Below, piece after piece: positions 54,401-60,400 of a DNA stretch of 64,000 bases; the first letter of the stretch is position 1, and each line of letters starts with the position of its first letter. This DNA is from Heptranchias perlo (Eukaryota): positions 56,730,001 through 56,794,000 of the forward strand of contig NC_090331.1 in NCBI RefSeq assembly GCF_035084215.1. The letters are read 5' to 3'. The translations under genes were made by a program, and so were the position numbers. The notes beneath the pieces are model-generated. The model searched no databases. It was not told the origin of the DNA and saw nothing but the letters and a program-made list of their open reading frames with translations.

Positions 54401-57400
54401 TGGTGAGCTCCCATTTTTGCCAGGCTAATGGCGGAACAGTACAAATCGTCCAGCAATATGTGGTGATTCGCAACTCATGGCATATCTCTTCCTCGACACA
54501 GATTGTTGGGCTTTTTACGCAAGAATAATGGTGGATGTGTGAACTCGCCATTATTTTTCCAGCAATTTCTAGGCCAATAAAAATATTTTAGACTTTCTTT
54601 ATGGTCTAACCATTCCAGCAAGTACTGGGTATTATTTGTTTCATCTGCTTTAAAACAGCCATTATGAAATTAAAATAACTTAAAACATTTAGAGCAGTTC
54701 CATTTTAAAAATAAGTGAAGTTGTAACACACACGTTAATAATTTTTAGACCAACCTTTCACTACCAAGTTTGCAATACACTTTGTGATTCCTGCGTCATT
54801 CTTTGCCTGACAAAGGAACTTCCCACCATGATGTTTCTCAACAGAACCAATTTGCAGTGTAGCTCTATCCTTCTCAAAAAATATTTTAATGTTATCATCT
54901 TCGGTGATATCATCTTTATCTTTTTGCCAGGTTATAGAAATAGGGCTTGAACCTTTCACAGTGCTTTGAAACATAGCAGGAGCTCCCAAAAGCACAGTAA
55001 TATTTTCAATCTTCTCAACAAATGATGGAGATTCTGTTTTAAAATGAAATATTATGAATAAAGAATTTCTCTGAATATTCATTACAAACTCACCTGATAA
55101 TTAGTGTAAAACAAAATTAATTTATAATGTAATATAATGGAACAGAAACACTTGCTAAGTCTTTACTAACCTTTCAAAGTGACTGCAGAACTGCAGAAAC
55201 AACTTCCCACTTCATTTGATACCTTGCATTGATATTCACCGACATCTAAGGTATCAAATGTAAGAATATGTAAACTAACTAAAGAGTTTTGACAGACCGT
55301 CTTGCGTTTTTTGCTAGGCCTAATTTGCTTATTGTCCTTATACCATGAAACTTCATATGGGGCTGTACCAGCCATTTCACACTCAAGAATGATGTCAGAG
55401 GCTTTGAGCACCTCAAGAGATTCAAGTTCTTTTCTGAAAGATGGAGGTTCTAAAATGAAGAAACAACAAATTCAATCTAAAACATGCTCTTTATCACTTA
55501 GATCCAAAAATTTGCAGCTGCAGGTATCTTGTAAATGCAGCCTAAATTCGTAAAATTAGAAGTAAGATATCTTCACAGACCTTTAACTGTTACAGTAATA
55601 CTGCAACTCTCACTACCAACTTCATTCTGAGCTTCACAACTGTATTCTCCACTGTCTTCCACATCACCATCAAGAATTTCAAGAACTGGCACACAATTAA
55701 CAAATGACATTCTGTATTTGTCACTGGGATGAATTTGCTTGTCTTTCCTATACCAGGTAACTTTAATTTCAGGTGTGCCAGTCACTTCACATTCAAACCG
55801 AGCTGAATCACCCCTTTTCAGTAATGTTGATGACTCTAGTTTCCGGAGAAACACTGGTGGTTCTATAAAAATCAAGATGTCATAAAGAATATATTTAAAA
55901 GATATTCATAAAGGAAGACAAAGAAGATGAAAACATCCACGCCACTTCACAGAGAAGATAACTATAGCCCCTCCTATTAATAAAAGTATACTTTACAATG
56001 TTAGAGACATTTTAATAGAAAGAACATAAAAAGTGATAAGAATATTGAATAACACTAAAGAGAATATATATAAAAAAGAATCACCTTTTACAAAAAGGTT
56101 TGTTGTACAGGAAATTGTCCCAGAATCGTTGCTGATTTCGCAAGTGTAGTCACCCATGTCAGACGGTTTCACTGAAAAAAGCTCAAGAAAAGTTGCAGAA
56201 ATGTCCTTCTTAATGAAACAGGTGCCACCAGTCACAAGCTCTGTGTTACCCTTGAACCATTTCATTGACATTGGAGGTGTGCCATTCACAACAGTCTTAA
56301 ACTTCACCGTTGAACCCGGTAGAACTTGCTTTGATGCAGGCTTTGTTATAAAGCTCGGAGGCTCTAAAAGACATTCAGAAAAAAAACATATGAATTATGC
56401 ATAATGAATAAATATATGGAGCAAGTAAGCTTTCTCCTTATTTTCTTTCTTCCATTCCTATATGCAGTGATTTACCCTAGGGTACAGTTTCATGGCTCTA
56501 GCAGTCCACTGGTACCTCAGCTAACTGAGATCAGGTAACTCAACACATTCTAGCAATTAACTCTGGGACATTCCAGGGATTCCCCTGATGGCTCAGCAAG
56601 TTTATCTGGCAAGTGGCTAACTAATACAGACCAGCAACATACAAGGTTCAATTGCTAATATGTGCTGAGTTAGCTGATCTTAGCCAGGGCAGCTGTTGTT
56701 CCACTACAATTGGTCTGAGCATCATGGTTCGAGAGAGAAAAATTAAACATAGTTCCCATTCCCAATCTCTGGCTAGAAGTATGTGCATATGGACATTGAG
56801 CAAAGACAGGATCCGGCTTTGCAGAGATGACCGCTGCAGTTAAATATCCCACCGACATTCTCCATCAAGCCTCACATATGAGTGGAATGAAGCTTTGGTA
56901 AGGAATCAACAACTTCAAGAGAGGAAGATAGCAAAGAAAAAATGGCCAAAAAAGGCCTGGGAAGATGCTGATCCATACGATTTAATACTATACACTTATT
57001 GCATTTATATATCGAGTCATCGGAGAGTAAATGGAAAACAAATGCATTAAAAAGTTGGCCAAACTTGAACACACTTACCAATGAAGAATATGCTTTACAT
57101 GAAAATAAAATGGGTTTGCAAAAGGTCTGGATTGAAAATTGAAACAGCAAAAGAAAAGATATAATTGCAGAAGCAGAATGAAATTAATTGTTGAAACCTT
57201 TTACACTTAAGACTCCACTGCATTCATCAGTTCCTGCAGGATTAGTAGTTTTGCAGGAGTAGGTTCCACCATCTGCAATCTCTAGTTGATTAATCTCCAA
57301 AGCAGCTGTGTTGTCTTGACATGATATTGTGTACTTTTCATTAGCTGATAACTTTTTGTCATCCTTATACCAAGAAATCCTGATTGGGATAGAACCAGAG

Positions 57401-60400
57401 AATTTGCATTCCATGTGAAAGGAAGCACCCAAGATGCTGGTCATTTTCCGTAGTTTTTTGGTGAAGGATGGAGCAATCATACGATCTGCCCAAGACAGAG
57501 TAACAAATCAATGAGATTACTGGAACTAAATTAAAAGCATGCTTTGAATTACAATAAGCAAAGGAAATATAAAAATGAAATTAGATAATTCTATACTAAC
57601 CCAGTACAGTAATAGAGGTTTTGCAACTGCAACTGCCCACATCATTTTTGATCTCAAAAGAGTATTCACCACTATCCTCCTTTTCTGCAGAAAAAATCTT
57701 TAAGCTGGCGACCTTATCTGAAAGAGTTGTTTTACATCCTCTACTGGATATTAGCTCCTTGCCATTCTTGAACCATTTAGCTTTTAGTTCTGGTGTACCA
57801 GCTATTATGAATTCCAAAGTTGCTGGGTCCCCTGCAGTCACACTAATTGGCTCTGCTTTCTCAAGGATATTTGCAGGTTCTGTGGCAAAATGAAATGGTT
57901 ACTATTAACAAAACTTAGTAATGTAAAGCAGCGTCATTTCATAAAATATGAGATTTGCATAAAATGAGCCAATACATTCTCAAACTAACCTTTCACAATC
58001 AGCGACGCCAGACATCTTTGACTTCCTGCTTCATTTTCTGCCTGACAAATGTATCTCCCACTGTTGTTCATTTCAACAGCAGCAATTTGAAGAGTACCAA
58101 TATTGTTCTCAAAAGTCATTTTGATATTATCACTCTCTGTGACAACATTTTTATCTTTCAGCCAAGTTAAAGTGATAGGAAGTGAGCCTTTTATGCTGCA
58201 TTGAAACACAGCTGAGCTTCCCAAAAGTGCAGTAGTATTTTCAAGCTTCTTCACAAATGATGGTGGCTCTAAATTAAAATGAACATACAGATGACAGAGT
58301 ATGTATTTTATGGTCCATCTATTAAATGATCTTTGTCAAATTTTTAACATCTATTTATGAAAGTAGGTTATGAATATATTTCTCTCACTTTCTAAAAACA
58401 TCACTAACCTTTCATCTTCACTGTTGCACCACAGAAACATTTTCCTACTTCATTAGAAACTGTGCATTGATAATCACCGACATCTGAGAACTCAAAGAAG
58501 CTAATATGGAGATAAGCACGAGCGTTTTGGAAGATCACCTTGAACTTCTTACTACTTCTTATCTGCTTTCTGTCTTTTTGCCAGATAACTTCAAATGGAG
58601 TTGTACCAGACAATTCACATTCAAGAGTGCAATTGAATCCTTTTACTACTTCAGTAGGTTCAAAAGCTTTGATAAAAGAGGGAGGCTCTACAAAGGAACA
58701 CATAAAAATCTCAGACTAAAATTCAATTTCAAACTGTCATTTTTTTCCAAAAATGTTAAAGACGGCAACAAAGATGGTGCCTAATATGAAACCAAAGTCA
58801 ACATCGTACAGACCTTTGATTGTAATGACAGAGCTGCAGCTATCAGTACCAGCTTCATTCTGTGCTTCACACACATAATCCCCACTATCCTCTACATTTG
58901 TATCATTAATCTCAAGGACAGCTGTAGAATCAATAAATGATATCTTGTATTTTTCTGAGGAATTGAGAATCTTATTGTTCTTGTACCAGGTAACACTGAT
59001 TTCAGGTGACCCTTTCACTTGGCACTTCAAGTGTGCTGGATCACCTTGTTTCAACAGCAATGATGGTTCTAGCTTCTTAAGGAACGAAGGTGGCTCTGAA
59101 GAAAGGTTTGAAGAAACATTTTAAGAGACGTCAAAGAAAGGGCATTTACAAAAAGAGAACTGTGATAACGCAAAGACAATTTTTAAAGAAAAGATGTAAC
59201 ACAAAGTATTGCAATCGACAAATGAGAAAATGTTAAATTCTTAAGCTTAGCAATTTTTTTCAACAACAAATCAAAAAGGCAAAGAAAAAATAACATCTAT
59301 TTTTATGCACATATATATAGCTAAATAAAATTGTTAAATTGAAGGCAGATATAAAGCAGCAATTGAATTGGTGGGACTCTGATAACATTTTAGGTCACGT
59401 GGGCTTTGTTTTCATAATTTATGTGATCAACAGAACCCTTGATTTAATAACTGCTTTGTATCTTGCTTCCAGACATTTACTTTTTTTATATGTAATGATT
59501 TTCTATTGTAAAGTTCAATTAAATAAAAAGAGGTAAGCAAAGGATAAGAGAAACACAAAGAACCTGTTTGTCTATCACCTTCAGAATGAGACCAAAATCT
59601 TTATGTACGTTATGTAAATAACTGAATCCAAATGAAAAGAATTATGTCACAATCCTAATCGCACAATAATTTTACAGTCAGCTTGAATGTATTGAAAGAG
59701 CAGCTGACTAATTCAGGTATAGATTCCACTAATTCACATTGCTAACTTGTCCTTTTTACTCAACATCTCTCATTATACTATGGGGCAGATATTTAATCAA
59801 GGTCAATAGAATCATAGAAAATTTATGGCACTGAAGGAGGCCATTCAGCCAATCATGTCCGCGCCAGCCGAAAATGAGCAACCCAGCCTAATCCCACTTT
59901 CCGGCAATTGGTCCTTAGCCTTGTAGGTCACGGCACTTCAAGTGGATATCCAAGCACTTTTTAAATGTGATGAGGGTTTCTGCCTCTACCACCCTTTCAG
60001 GCAGTGAGTTCCAGACCCCCACCACCCTCTGTGTGAAAATTCTTTCCTCAACTCCCCTCAAATCCTTCTACCAATCACTTTAAATCTATGCCCCCTGGTT
60101 ATTGACCTCTCTGCCAAGGGAAATAGGTCCTTCCTATCCACTTCATCTAGGCCCTTTATAATTTTGTACACCTCAATTAAATCACCCCTCAGCCTCCTCC
60201 GTTCCAAAGTAAACAACCCCAGCCTATCCAATCTTTCCTCATAGCTAAAATTCTCCAGTCCTGGCAACATCCTCGTAAATCTCTTCTGTACTCTCTCTAG
60301 TGCAATTACATCCTTCCTGTAACGTGGTGACCAGAACTGTTTGCGGAACTCAAGCTGTGGCTTAACTAGTGTCTTATACAGTTCTATCATAACCTCCTTG

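Noticed and set aside
3635-58784. Many + strand ORFs overlapping Ig exons (e.g. 15765-16040, 22294-22581, 44537-44824)
   Set aside because: Antisense shadows of titin codons; no independent protein motifs.
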